Assembly: GCA_964244895.1 (NCBI GenBank)
Contig: CAXTKV010000098.1
Location: 1 to 18,745 of the forward strand
Direction of reading: 5' to 3'
Origin: an uncultured Deinococcales bacterium
GTDB lineage: Bacteria > Deinococcota > Deinococci > Deinococcales > JAAFIG01
DNA length: 18,745 nucleotides
Below are positions 9,298 through 15,874 of the stretch, in pieces. A program made the position numbers and the translations under genes. How positions within the stretch are numbered: position 1 is the stretch's first letter; each line of letters starts with the position of its first letter. Below the pieces are notes generated by a model, which was given only the letters and a program-made list of their open reading frames with translations, did no database searches and was not told where the DNA came from.

Positions 9298-10678
9298 GTT
9301 TATTTCCTTTCTGGCGCGCACGCGCGACCGTCCAAGCGAGCAACGAAAGCGCGAGTGCGCCCATGACCACCATCTGCACGACCACCAGTTGAAATCCCGA
9401 GGAGTGAAACCCGAAAAGCAACCCGACCTGCGCGGCGGCTCCGATCGCGGGCAAGACCACCGCACCGCGCGCACCGAGCGCCATCTGGTGGTTCGTGACC
9501 GCGCTCGAGATGGCGTACAGCGTCGCCGTCAGGGCGTAAGGCGCGAGCCAGGCGACACCCGCCGCGTAATGAGCCCCGAAGATTGCCGGAATCATCCCCG
9601 CTCCGAGCGCGCATGCGAGGCTCAGGGCGCCCCCGGCCAGCGCGACGAGGCCAATCGCCATCCAGGCCAGCCGCATCTCGCCCGGTGCGGGTTCGGGATT
9701 GATGCTCGAGAACACCGTCCAGGACGGAAAGATTAATTTGCGTGCAGGACGGTCTTCCCGGTTCGGCCACGGTTTTTCTGCGGCCTCCATCTGGGGCTGA
9801 AGCCCCGGCGCGTATCGCGCGACGAGCGGGAAGAATGCCGTGTTGACCGCGACCGACACGAAACCGACCGCGCGACCGATCATCCCGATCAGCGCATAGA
9901 CCCCCGCTTCGGTCGGTGGCAGGAACACCCGAGCCATCACGATGTCGCTCTGCCCGATCACGGCCTGCGCCACCTGAACGCTCAGCGCATCGCGCGCGAA
10001 ACCCGCGCTGCCCGAATCGCGATCCCACACGACCCGCGCAGCGCGCCACGGCCAAAGCGCTAGCACACCGACGAAAACCCCGCCAACCACCCCGACCACG
10101 GCGGCGTTGAGACCGCCCAGGAATTGCCAGAGCAGGGCCGTCAGGCCAATTTTTGTACCGTGCTCGAGCAACCAGTTGATCCCGAGGGCAGACATCCGCA
10201 GCTTGCCCTGAGCCGCACCGCGCAATGCGCCCAGCAGGGCGTACACGGGCGTACCGAGACCGAGCGCGATCAACCACCAGCCCGGCAGCTGCAACAGAGG
10301 CGCGAGCCAGAGCGCGCCGATAAGGATCAACGCCGCGAGCGGCAGGCTCGAGCGTACGACTGGACGAAGATCCAACCCGACCTCGCCCGCATGCATCGCC
10401 ACTCGCCGGGCCTCGAGCTGCTGCAATGTCACCGGCAATAGCGTGAGCGCCATGAACACGGCGGTGAAGGTCGTGTAAGCACCGTATTCGGCGGGCACCA
10501 GCAAACGCGCCAGGATCAGCGTGTTGGCGTAATTTATAGCGCTCACCGCGACCGTCGTGATCAACAGCCCCGATGCTTTCCCCAACGCGGCGCGCCCCGA
10601 TGCCCGCTCAGAGGACGGCGAACGAGAAGGATACGTCTCGGGAAGGATGATTCCGCTGGGTGACGTGTCAATGTCCAT
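9278..10678 (-). CDS. Oligosaccharide flippase (Wzx/MOP family)
   Basis: About 12 hydrophobic segments; LARLLVPAEYG, LRGAAQG, DIVMARVFLPPTEAGVYA, AFFPLVA. ATG 10678 overlaps the HD-GYP stop (TGATG). Confidence 0.85.
   Translation of the reverse strand: MDIDTSPSGIILPETYPSRSPSSERASGRAALGKASGLLITTVAVSAINYANTLILARLLVPAEYGAYTTFTAVFMALTLLPVTLQQLEARRVAMHAGEVGLDLRPVVRSSLPLAALILIGALWLAPLLQLPGWWLIALGLGTPVYALLGALRGAAQGKLRMSALGINWLLEHGTKIGLTALLWQFLGGLNAAVVGVVGGVFVGVLALWPWRAARVVWDRDSGSAGFARDALSVQVAQAVIGQSDIVMARVFLPPTEAGVYALIGMIGRAVGFVSVAVNTAFFPLVARYAPGLQPQMEAAEKPWPNREDRPARKLIFPSWTVFSSINPEPAPGEMRLAWMAIGLVALAGGALSLACALGAGMIPAIFGAHYAAGVAWLAPYALTATLYAISSAVTNHQMALGARGAVVLPAIGAAAQVGLLFGFHSSGFQLVVVQMVVMGALALSLLAWTVARARQKGNKHVIRGF
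9710..9757. repeat. Palindromic REP-like element, copy 2, in-frame inside the flippase gene
   Basis: GAACACCGTCCAGGACG...CGTGCAGGACGGTCTTC; encodes EDRPARKLIFPSWTVF (16 codons). Confidence 0.85.
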
Positions 10679-11256
10679 CAATTCACCAGGGTCAGCTTGC
10701 CGAGGGCGCGCTCGAAGAACACGTCCACCACGGTCGGATCGAAGTGTCTACCGCGCGCCACGGAAAGCTCTTCGAGCACCGCCTGGGCGTTCCACGGTTT
10801 CCCGTAGGGCCGTTTGGAAAGCAGGGTGTCGTAGACATCGCACACGGCCAGAACTCGCGCTTCGATCGGAATCTGTTCGCCGCTCACGGCTTGCGGGTAA
10901 CCGCTGCCGTCCCAGCGTTCGTGGTGGTGCAGCACGGCTCCGAGCGCCCGTGGGTGAACACCTGGAATCGCTCGAGCCAGCTCGAAGCTCCACCTCGGGT
11001 GGGTGCGGATGATCGTCCACTCGTCGCGGTTCAAGGGTCCAGTTTTGAGGATCAGCCGCTCAGGCAACACGAGTTTTCCGATATCGTGCAACAGCGCTGC
11101 GTGGGTGAGCGCCACCAGGGAATCCTCGCCCAGTCGAAGCATCTGGCCGATGGATTCGACCAGTTGCACCAAGCGGCCCGTGTGACCGAGCGGCTCGAGT
11201 CCCCGCTCCTCGAGTTCCCCAGAGAGCGTGTCTACCGTGCTGAACGAGATCGACAT
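10678..11256 (-). CDS. Stand-alone HD-GYP domain protein (putative cyclic di-nucleotide phosphodiesterase)
   Basis: LLHDIGK, HP, HHHERWDGSGYP, CDVYD, RPY, HFDP; no sensor domain. Confidence 0.93.
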   Translation of the reverse strand: MSISFSTVDTLSGELEERGLEPLGHTGRLVQLVESIGQMLRLGEDSLVALTHAALLHDIGKLVLPERLILKTGPLNRDEWTIIRTHPRWSFELARAIPGVHPRALGAVLHHHERWDGSGYPQAVSGEQIPIEARVLAVCDVYDTLLSKRPYGKPWNAQAVLEELSVARGRHFDPTVVDVFFERALGKLTLVN

Positions 11257-11471
11257 GTCGATGTGATTCCCCCGTCTAAAGTCGATTGGTGGACAAAAAG
11301 CATCCTGCTAGCAGAGTAGTTGATTACTCGGTTTTCTCCTGGTCATTCCCGACCTGGCCGTCCGTACAAACCGTGAAAGGGGAACCAATCCGGCCACGGA
11401 GTGATCAACATGGTTTGCAGTTTCAAGCGACTCGCCGCCCGCTGGAGCGCTATCGAGTCCAGAGGGCGAAC

Positions 11472-11522
11472 CCAAACGCAACCCCCTCGAGCCTGATTGA
11501 CGCTCGAGGGGGTTGCGTTTGG
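11472..11522. terminator. Perfect 21-bp inverted repeat downstream of tRNA-Glu; possible terminator or processing hairpin
   Basis: CCAAACGCAACCCCCTCGAGC - 9-nt loop - GCTCGAGGGGGTTGCGTTTGG. No clean U-tract after the stem on the minus strand. Confidence 0.55.
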
Positions 11523-11544
11523 CGTGTGTAGCACACGCTTTTTT
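11522..11544 (+). terminator. Small intrinsic-terminator-like hairpin facing the tRNA 3' end
   Basis: GCGTGTG-TAG-CACACGC followed by TTTTTT. Confidence 0.45.
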
Positions 11545-11545
11545 G

Positions 11546-11620
11546 TGGTGACCCCAACGGGATTCGAACCCGTGTCGTCGCCTTGAAAGGGCGATGACCT
11601 AACCGCTAGTCGATGGGGCC
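11546..11620 (-). tRNA. tRNA-Glu (anticodon UUC)
   Basis: Minus strand GGCCCCATCGACTAGCGGTTAGGTCATCGCCCTTTCAAGGCGACGACACGGGTTCGAATCCCGTTGGGGTCACCA: 75-nt cloverleaf, T-loop TTCGAAT, encoded CCA. Confidence 0.97.
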
Positions 11621-11667
11621 GCGCCGGACTTGCGGGCTCGAGGGATCGCCCCGAGAACCGCCTGAAG

Positions 11668-11696
11668 AGTGTAGCAGGACGAGCCCGTTCCCTCAA
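11668..11696 (-). promoter_or_regulatory. Sigma70-type promoter for tRNA-Glu
   Basis: TTGAGG - 17 nt - TACACT, with an extended -10 TG. Confidence 0.7.
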
Positions 11697-11759
11697 GTCC
11701 AGCCCCGAGCCGAAGTCATCGCGCGCCAAACCTCGAGATCGCCGTTTCCGCCGTCGGCG

Positions 11760-11822
11760 GAGAGTACCGTCCAGCACAGCGCCTCTAAATACTCGAGAAT
11801 AGGCGTGCTGGACGGTACTCTC
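11760..11822. repeat. Palindromic REP-like element, copy 3 (perfect 18-bp arms)
   Basis: GAGAGTACCGTCCAGCAC - 27 nt - GTGCTGGACGGTACTCTC; differences from copy 1 are mirrored in both arms. Confidence 0.88.
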
Positions 11823-11887
11823 AAAATTCGAGCAATCCTAAACCAGTGTTCTTCTCGAGGTGACGCCCGCAAAAACGCGTCTCCCGG

Positions 11888-11893
11888 TAAGCT
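11888..11893 (+). promoter_or_regulatory. -10 box for a probable leaderless thioesterase mRNA
   Basis: TAAGCT exactly 6 nt before ATG 11900; no strong SD. Confidence 0.6.
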
Positions 11894-11899
11894 CCAGGC

Positions 11900-12355
11900 A
11901 TGGGTTTCACCGATCCGAGATCGCGGTTCGCGCTGACCATCACGGTCAACGAAGCCGATATAGACGAGCTGGGGCACGTCAACAACACCGTCTACCTACG
12001 TTACGTCGAGGAATTGACGCGCGCCCACGCCATCCAGATCGGAATGGGCCTGGAAGGAATGCGAGCCAACGGCGCGGTTCCCGTGGCCCGCAAGCACGTA
12101 ATTCAGTACCACCGGGGCGCGAGCCTGGGCGACCAGCTGGTGCTTTCCACGCAGATCACGGTCGCCAACGGGCCTCGGGCAGCGCGGCACAACGAGGTCA
12201 GGCTGGCGCTGAATGGCACGCTGCTGGTCGAGATTGACACGGATTGGGTCTGGGTCGATCCGGTACGCTTGCGGCCTCGGGCTGCGCCGCGCGCGATCCT
12301 GGCCGCGTTCGGCGTGACGGATGACCGCGATCAACCGCGTCTTCGAGAACCGTAA
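11900..12355 (+). CDS. Acyl-CoA thioesterase (4HBT/YbgC-like hotdog fold)
   Basis: DIDELGHVNNTVYLRYVE motif; 151 aa. Confidence 0.9.
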   Translation: MGFTDPRSRFALTITVNEADIDELGHVNNTVYLRYVEELTRAHAIQIGMGLEGMRANGAVPVARKHVIQYHRGASLGDQLVLSTQITVANGPRAARHNEVRLALNGTLLVEIDTDWVWVDPVRLRPRAAPRAILAAFGVTDDRDQPRLREP

Positions 12356-12368
12356 ACGCCCGGTTCGC

Positions 12369-12374
12369 TATACT
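12369..12374 (+). promoter_or_regulatory. -10 box for a probable leaderless trmB mRNA
   Basis: TATACT 6 nt before the in-frame GTG 12381. Confidence 0.6.
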
Positions 12375-12380
12375 CTCGCG

Positions 12381-13331
12381 GTGCCCGATGTCGCGTACCA
12401 CCGCCTGAACGATTTTTTCTACCCCGACCGTGTGGACCGGCTGTACCCGGCAAACCCGTCCGGCGCGTGGCATCTGGAAGTCGGCTTCGGCGATGGGCGC
12501 TTCTGGACGATGCAGCGCGCATCCGAAGAAAACGCCAATTACCTGGGCGTGGAAATTTCCGGGGTCAGCGTCCTCAAGGCGCGTTCCAGGTTGCGTCAGG
12601 CGGGGATCGACAACGCGATCCTGAGCCGCCTGGCCGCAGAATTCGTGGTGCGAAACATCGTTCCAGTTCGCGGCCTCGCGCGCGTGTACGTGAATTTTCC
12701 CGACCCGTGGCCGAAAGCCCGCCACGAGGACGCCCGCTTGCTTCAGGCCAGTTTTTTCGAGATGCTCTCGACGCGCCTGGTGGAACGCGGCGAGTTGTGG
12801 CTGACCACCGATCACCCCGGTTATTTCGAGTTCGGCGTTCTCAACGCGACCGCCACCGGCCTGTACGACGTGACCCAGCCCGAACCGCCGCCCGCCGCGC
12901 TGGAAACCAAGTACGCGCTCAAATGGCGCGACATGAGCCTGCCGATCTTTCACGCGCGCTTCCGCAAGCGCGCCGAATCAGCGCAAGCCTTCCCACCACT
13001 GGAGGTTCACGAGATGCCCCACGCCGTGCTGCGCGGTGTTTTACCCCAAACCGACCTCGAGAAGACCGTCGTTCACGGCTCCACGTACACGGTGATCCTC
13101 CTGGAGCGCTACCTGACGGAATCCAGAATCGTCGTGCTGGCGCGAATCGAGGAAGAAAAACTGACCCAGGAAATCCTGATCGCCGCCCTGAGGCGCGACG
13201 ATGGCGAGGTCGTGGTCGGCCTCGAACCGTTCGGATCGCCGTTGATCACCACGGGCGTCAAGGCCGCCGTCGGTGCGGTCGCGGACTGGCTGGCCGGGCA
13301 ATCGCTCGAGGTCGTGCGGCGCGTGTACTGA
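12381..13331 (+). CDS. trmB: tRNA (guanine-N7)-methyltransferase with a C-terminal extension
   Basis: LEVGFGDG, YLGVE, NFPDPWPKARH, TDH, TKY. GTG 12381 is preferred to ATG 12321 because it removes the overlap with the thioesterase and fits the -10 box. Confidence 0.92.
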   Translation: MPDVAYHRLNDFFYPDRVDRLYPANPSGAWHLEVGFGDGRFWTMQRASEENANYLGVEISGVSVLKARSRLRQAGIDNAILSRLAAEFVVRNIVPVRGLARVYVNFPDPWPKARHEDARLLQASFFEMLSTRLVERGELWLTTDHPGYFEFGVLNATATGLYDVTQPEPPPAALETKYALKWRDMSLPIFHARFRKRAESAQAFPPLEVHEMPHAVLRGVLPQTDLEKTVVHGSTYTVILLERYLTESRIVVLARIEEEKLTQEILIAALRRDDGEVVVGLEPFGSPLITTGVKAAVGAVADWLAGQSLEVVRRVY

Positions 13332-13356
13332 AGCGGGAAGTGGTCAGGAGTTGTCT

Positions 13357-13418
13357 GGGAACGCCGTCCAGCACGGCGTTCTCGCGGATTGCAAAGATGC
13401 GTCCAGGACGGTGTTCCC
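13357..13418. repeat. Palindromic REP-like element, copy 4
   Basis: GGGAACGCCGTCCAGCACG...CGTCCAGGACGGTGTTCCC, 25 nt after the trmB stop. Confidence 0.85.
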
Positions 13419-13544
13419 GGTGTCACTCGAGCATCCTACGGCCTCTTGAACGCTCCGCCTTTCGCGCAGAACCCAGCGCTCGAAACCCAGACCGTCCATC
13501 TCACATCAGCCCATTGGCGGATTGAGCCCACCCGATCGGGTCGC

Positions 13545-13550
13545 TAAGCT
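13545..13550 (+). promoter_or_regulatory. -10 box for a probable leaderless metallopeptidase mRNA
   Basis: TAAGCT 6 nt before GTG 13557. Confidence 0.6.
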
Positions 13551-13556
13551 CAGTCG

Positions 13557-14222
13557 GTGCCGAAAAGCACGAGAAAACCGAAGAACAGACGCGCAACCCC
13601 GAAGACGGGCGGGCCGAAGCTGATCGCCGTGCCGAAACGCACCGTCCAGGCCAGCGCGACGCGGACCACCGCGCTCGAGCCGCCGCTCAACCTGACGGAT
13701 GGGTTGCGCGAGGTCGCGCGCGAAGTCTGCTATTACATGCCCGACCTGGCGCACGTCAAACTGGAGGCGGTTCATTTCACGCTCTTCCACTCGCGCGAGG
13801 CATCGCGGGTCTTCACCTTCGCGCGCTGCTATCCCCTGCCGAGCGCCATGAAACGTCGCGGACGGCGCTGGTATCGGCTGACCAGCGTGTTCACACCCGG
13901 CGGCGTAGAGGCGCGCTACATCCTGTCTTTTGCCTGGCCGCGCTTCTGGGGCATGACGCCGCGCGAACGGCTGGAAACGCTGGTGCACGAGCTTTATCAC
14001 ATCGGCCCGGACTTCGACGGCGAGGCCCGCAGCTTCGAGGTGGGCGGCTGGCACGGTAAGGGTCGCGCTTGGTTCGACGCGATCATCGCGGATCTGGTGG
14101 ACACGCACTTCCCGGACGGGATTGAGCATCCCGTGCTGAACGTACAGCTCGATGAGAACGTGCGTGTGACGGGCGAGCGGTTGAAGAAACCGTACTGGCA
14201 AGAGGCGTTCAGAAGCTTATGA
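13557..14222 (+). CDS. Putative zinc metallopeptidase (HExxH) with a basic N-terminal tail
   Basis: ETLVHELYHI plus a downstream WHG; GC-typical codon usage; no signal peptide. Confidence 0.75.
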   Translation: MPKSTRKPKNRRATPKTGGPKLIAVPKRTVQASATRTTALEPPLNLTDGLREVAREVCYYMPDLAHVKLEAVHFTLFHSREASRVFTFARCYPLPSAMKRRGRRWYRLTSVFTPGGVEARYILSFAWPRFWGMTPRERLETLVHELYHIGPDFDGEARSFEVGGWHGKGRAWFDAIIADLVDTHFPDGIEHPVLNVQLDENVRVTGERLKKPYWQEAFRSL

Positions 14223-14334
14223 GCCTAAAACACCATTCTCGCTCACGGAAGAGCACCTTCTTGATCCTGAGCATGCACCTTCTTGCCGCTACAGATAGCA
14301 CCTGACGGGCTTGCGGCGCTGACGGGCAGGATCG

Positions 14335-14391
14335 CTATCGGGCTGTTCGCGCTTCTTGCTCACGGGATGGCACCTATCGGGCTGTTCGCGC
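14335..14391. repeat. 18-bp direct repeat CTATCGGGCTGTTCGCGC (39-bp period) in a repetitive intergenic patch
   Basis: Exact copies at 14335-14352 and 14374-14391; GCACCTTCTTG also occurs twice (14253, 14275). Confidence 0.75.
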
Positions 14392-14392
14392 C

Positions 14393-14433
14393 CCCACACG
14401 CATTCTCGGGTTCGTGTGTGGGACGGTGTTCTC
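14393..14433. repeat. Degenerate or truncated copy of the palindromic element
   Basis: CCCACACG...GTGTGTGGGACGGTGTTCTC: right arm recognisable, left arm truncated. Confidence 0.5.
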
Positions 14434-14449
14434 GAGCATGGCTCTGGGA

Positions 14450-14455
14450 TAAGCT
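14450..14455 (+). promoter_or_regulatory. -10 box for a probable leaderless mutY mRNA
   Basis: TAAGCT 6 nt before GTG 14462. Confidence 0.6.
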
Positions 14456-14461
14456 CCTGCC

Positions 14462-15496
14462 GTGCGCGATCTTTGGGGCTTCCAACACGACCTTCTGGCG
14501 TGGTTCAGGCGAAATAAACGCGAGCTGCCGTGGCGCGAGACGCGCGATCCGTACCGGATTCTCCTGAGCGAAGTCCTGCTGCAACAGACGCAGGTTTCGC
14601 GCGGGCTGGAATACTACGCGCGGTTCCTGACGGCATTCCCGACCGTGGAAGACCTGGCGAGCGCACCCGTGGAGGCCGTGCTGAAAGCCTGGGAAGGCGC
14701 AGGATATTACGCTCGGGCGCGCAACTTGCACCTCGCGGCGCAACGGATCGCCGCGGACGGCTTTCCACGCACACTCTCGGGCTTGCTCGAGCTTCCCGGC
14801 GTCGGGCGCTACACGGCGGGCGCGGTTCTGAGCATCGCGTTTGCGCAACCCCTGCCCGTCGTGGACGGCAACGTCCGGCGCGTGCTGGCGCGCGTGCTGC
14901 TCGAGCCGAACCCGACCGAGGAATGGTTGTGGACAGAGGCTGAACGCCTGCTCGAGAAATCCCATCCCGGCGATTGGAACCAGGCTGTGATGGAACTCGG
15001 CGCGCTGGTCTGTGCGCCGAAGAACCCGTCCTGCACGTCCTGTCCCGTTTCCAGCCACTGCGCGGCGCTCGAAGCTGGGCGGGTGTCTGGCACGCCAGCC
15101 CCGAAAGCCCGCACAGCCGTCAAAGAGATTCGGGCGGTGGCGCTCGCGGCGGGAAAAAACGGGCGCTTCATCCTCGAGCAACGACCGAAAAAAGGCTTGC
15201 TGGGCGGACTGCACGGCTTCCCCATAGAGGAAATCGCAGACATCGGGGAAAGCTCAGGCGCGCGCCAGCCGGGTCAAGCCGCGCGCTCGAGGCTTCTCGA
15301 GCGGTTCGGGCTCGAGGCGAACGGACGATGGGCGGGAACAGTCAGTCACACCATGACGCACCGGCAACTCGAGATTCGGGTGTACGCCTTGGAGTACGAC
15401 GGGGACGGCCTGGAAGACCCGGACGATGTGGCCGTATCGCGGCTCGATCAGAAGATTCTGAAGGTGATCAGTGCGGGGCCGTTGTTCGAGGTGTAA
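14462..15496 (+). CDS. mutY: A/G-specific adenine DNA glycosylase
   Basis: LPWR, SEVLLQQTQV, GYYARARNLH, HhH LPGVGRYTA, VDGNVRRV, 4Fe-4S CX6CX2CX5C, NUDIX-like C-terminus. Confidence 0.96.
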   Translation: MRDLWGFQHDLLAWFRRNKRELPWRETRDPYRILLSEVLLQQTQVSRGLEYYARFLTAFPTVEDLASAPVEAVLKAWEGAGYYARARNLHLAAQRIAADGFPRTLSGLLELPGVGRYTAGAVLSIAFAQPLPVVDGNVRRVLARVLLEPNPTEEWLWTEAERLLEKSHPGDWNQAVMELGALVCAPKNPSCTSCPVSSHCAALEAGRVSGTPAPKARTAVKEIRAVALAAGKNGRFILEQRPKKGLLGGLHGFPIEEIADIGESSGARQPGQAARSRLLERFGLEANGRWAGTVSHTMTHRQLEIRVYALEYDGDGLEDPDDVAVSRLDQKILKVISAGPLFEV

Positions 15497-15498
15497 GC

Positions 15499-15561
15499 GG
15501 GAACACCGTGCTGGACGGTATTTTTGCGATACTCGAGAGGAGCGTTCTGGACGGTCTTCTC
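15499..15561. repeat. Palindromic REP-like element, copy 5 (degenerate)
   Basis: GGGAACACCGTGCTGGACG...CGTTCTGGACGGTCTTCTC, 2 nt after the mutY stop. Confidence 0.75.
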
Positions 15562-15582
15562 GTTGTGGGCGCTCGAGTCAGC

Positions 15583-15611
15583 TTGACGGCGCTATCAACC
15601 TTCATTACACT
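15583..15611 (+). promoter_or_regulatory. Sigma70-type promoter of the SAM riboswitch/met operon
   Basis: TTGACG - 17 nt - TACACT, 30 nt upstream of the aptamer. Confidence 0.8.
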
Positions 15612-15641
15612 CGTCTGAGCCTTCACGGGCTGACAACTTGG

Positions 15642-15853
15642 TTCTCTTATCGAGAGCGGCAGAGGGACTGGCCCGCAACCCCAACAGGGAAGAAGCCGCA
15701 GCAACCAGGTTCGGAGAGACGATGCTCACCGGGAATCACATGCGAATGCCAACGCGCCGAACCGTGCGCGGCGTTCTCGTCTGATTGACTGAGATCACCT
15801 CCCGAACCGTTCGGTGCTCATTCCAGCCGTGGGAACACGGGCAGATAAGGGAA
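15642..15853 (+). ncRNA. SAM-I (S-box) riboswitch with large insertions
   Basis: P1 TTCTCTTATC/GATAAGGGAA; core ATCGAGAG-CGGC-AGAGGGACTGGCCC; P2a GCGGC/GCCGC; P3 GCAACC...GGTGC; pseudoknot CTGG/CCAG; P4 CCGTG/CACGG. Lies upstream of methionine genes. Confidence 0.92.
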
Positions 15854-15874
15854 GGGAATCGTGGAACGGAACGC

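Noticed and set aside
197..9736. Long plus-strand ORFs (197-1189, 1402-2700, 2827-3735, 5732-7741, 8371-9294, 8684-9736)
   Set aside because: Antisense shadows of motif-bearing minus-strand genes in GC-rich DNA; no recognisable domains.
11257..11470. c-di-GMP riboswitch upstream of the HD-GYP gene
   Set aside because: I could not find the class I or class II consensus on the minus strand; a covariance-model search would be decisive.
2..11620. Glycan operon as a genomic island integrated at the tRNA-Glu 3' end
   Set aside because: No integrase or duplicated tRNA end in the window, and the operon shares the CTCGAG signature and palindromic repeats with the housekeeping side.
11286..11977. Short ORFs over the tRNA and repeat region
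   Set aside because: They overlap the tRNA, its promoter, hairpins and a repeat, with no protein-like features.
14283..14567. 94-aa plus-strand ORF with a hydrophobic start
   Set aside because: TTG start without RBS, built from the repeat patch, and overlaps mutY out of frame.
12198..15214. Minus-strand ORFs 12198-12953, 13506-14201 and 14360-15214
   Set aside because: Antisense to trmB, the peptidase and mutY.
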